A stretch of 41,147 nucleotides of DNA from Bacteroidales bacterium (GTDB taxonomy: Bacteria; Bacteroidota; Bacteroidia; Bacteroidales; Bacteroidaceae): positions 1 to 41,147 of the forward strand of contig SFEK01000001.1 of NCBI GenBank assembly GCA_004557285.1. The letters run 5' to 3'. Positions 39,797 to 41,147 of the stretch are shown one piece after another. Below the pieces are notes generated by a model, which saw nothing but the letters and a program-made list of their open reading frames with translations, did no database searches and had not been told where the DNA came from. How positions within the stretch are numbered: the first letter of the stretch is position 1; every line of letters starts with the position of its first letter. The position numbers and the translations under genes are program-made.

Positions 39797-40005
39797 GTCC
39801 TGGAAGTTTTTTGCATAGATATTGCAGACCAACAAACTTGCAAGACCGCAATCCGGCAGATACAGGAAACGACACGCCCCACGGCATGACATCTCACAGC
39901 GGTACGGTGGGCTACCGTGCCTCCTATCATCAAAGTGGGTACATCCCCCCATTGGACGGCCCTACCTGCGAAACCTGAAATATGAAAAAAGACAGGTGGA
40001 CACGC

Positions 40006-40260
40006 TCAACGCTTAAACTTGCGGTAGAGTTTCCACGCCAGCAACGCCCCGTCAACCACACCCATGCCCGTGCCCATGAACGAGGCAAGGCTGAACCCTT
40101 TCTTGCGGTTGCTTTTAGCGGGCTTGGCAAACAAATCCTTCCACAGTTTGCCCATCTGCTTGTTGTCTTTCCTGATGTCGTGCAACAAGGCCTCCTTGCG
40201 CTGTCTGATTTCACGCAGCGAACAATAGGTCGTGGTATTCTGTAAATCGTTGTTCATCAT
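40006..40260 (-). CDS. Small hypothetical protein (basic, amphipathic C-terminus)
   Basis: 84-aa ORF ending DGALLAWKLYRKFKR, directly downstream of the holin-like gene. Confidence 0.75.
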   Translation of the reverse strand: MMNNDLQNTTTYCSLREIRQRKEALLHDIRKDNKQMGKLWKDLFAKPAKSNRKKGFSLASFMGTGMGVVDGALLAWKLYRKFKR

Positions 40261-40300
40261 ATTTCACCATCTTGTGTAAATCAAGTCAAAAAAATAACAA

Positions 40301-40648
40301 TCACTCCATCAAAAGCCCTGCGATAAACCTGACCAGAGGCCGCTCTATCCAACGTTTCTTGAACACCACAAGCAACACGAAGAGCAGCATGTAGGCACCG
40401 GCCACGATGCAGAACGCCCAGGTGTTGCCCACCACCGAACCAAGGGCATAGGCGGCAGCAAACGAGAGATAGGTAAGGATGGCTATGAAAAGCAACATGA
40501 AAATGATGAAGAGCAACAAGGCCGTGATGAGCCTTACCGCCTTCTCGGTAATGTCGAGCTTCAGGTACTCGCCCTGAAGCCCGAGATAATGTCTGGCCAA
40601 CTGCAACAGCTGGCTGATGGTCTCAATATTCTTATCTGTAGAGAACAT
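40301..40648 (-). CDS. 'Phage holin family' (YqjE-like) two-TM membrane protein
   Basis: MFS.DKNIETI, YLKLD..EK, two TM helices, WIERPLVRF. Confidence 0.82.
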   Translation of the reverse strand: MFSTDKNIETISQLLQLARHYLGLQGEYLKLDITEKAVRLITALLLFIIFMLLFIAILTYLSFAAAYALGSVVGNTWAFCIVAGAYMLLFVLLVVFKKRWIERPLVRFIAGLLME

Positions 40649-40673
40649 GTTTCAGAAATACATATATATATCC

Positions 40674-41147
40674 TTATACTTCCTCTGCATCTGCCGCCTC
40701 GGTGATGTTGTCAAACAGTCCGCCGGCGCAGCCTGCGATGACGCCCTGATCGGCCCATACGCCGCCGTCATGGATCTTATCGGTGAGGTGGGGACGGGCT
40801 TTGGGGAAGCGCTTGGCGGCGTCGGCCTCCACCTTGGCCAGCAGCTCCTCGGCGTTGTCCAGAAATTCATGGATGGTCCATGCATTGGAAGGGTGGAAGG
40901 GCAGGGCGATCATGGACTCCACCTTGCTCAGATCAATGGTGATCATCCGGTCGTAGTAAGCCGTGTCAGCCGGATGCAGAGGCGCGTAGTCCTCCTCACG
41001 CTGATGCGCGGCATAGAAGCCTCTGGTTTCCTCGTCAGTCTCCCAGATGGAGGAAAGGCAGGTGGTCTCGGTGGTCATCACGTCAACGCCGTTGCGGAAG
41101 TCGATGGGCAGCTCCTTGATGCCGGGGCCTACGAACTCCAACACCTT
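40674..41147 (-). pseudogene. Internal fragment of an aconitase-family hydratase (YbhJ-like), running off the window edge and ending prematurely
   Basis: LEFVGPGI, RNGVDVMTTETTCLSSIW.TD, IALPFHPSN, QGVIAGCAGG (first Fe-S Cys); stop 14 codons after that motif, so the remaining Cys ligands and swivel domain are missing. Confidence 0.8.

Noticed and set aside
39676..39933. 85-aa minus-strand ORF with (ITVIE)n repeats, and the array as a CRISPR
   Set aside because: The ORF is simply the translation of the 15-bp repeat. There are no unique spacers and no cas genes.
13714..40648. GH25 lysozyme and 'holin' as signs of a prophage
   Set aside because: They are 26 kb apart among housekeeping genes, with no integrase or virion genes; both families are common chromosomal genes in Bacteroidales.

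Overview
About 41 kb of Bacteroidales chromosome, most likely Prevotella/Segatella-like, judged from gene content and repeated TAnnTTTG (-7) promoter boxes. It is mostly housekeeping and carbohydrate genes. In order: desulfoferrodoxin; a tightly packed minus-strand run kdgK-eda-giant sensor kinase-response regulator-membrane protein-UDP-uronate epimerase-GHMP kinase, divergent from a LacI regulator and uxaA; a plus-strand run of GH25, zinc-ribbon protein, 5'-nucleotidase, nudC, folK-like, M64 peptidase, TPR protein, TonB receptor and yjbR; then dnaB, an Rpn-family PD-(D/E)XK nuclease, a tRNA m6A37 methyltransferase, an FAD oxidoreductase, thrA, thrS, an MFS transporter, pheS, a lipoprotein, murB, an MBL hydrolase, two small membrane-associated genes and a truncated aconitase-family hydratase at the right edge. 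The best leads are: (1) the GHMP kinase has plant galacturonokinase-type motifs and sits beside a UDP-glucuronate 4-epimerase in a galacturonate-catabolic cluster, suggesting a bacterial galacturonate salvage branch; (2) a 145-bp IS1595-like MITE with 8-bp target duplication, present twice and carrying a variable number of REP-like hairpins; (3) three dispersed intergenic ATTACAG-core tandem arrays; (4) two tandem 83-84 bp hairpin units that supply the promoter box of the rpn gene; (5) a two-module histidine kinase with the His and ATPase functions apparently split. All protein calls come from motif recognition only; no database searches were run.
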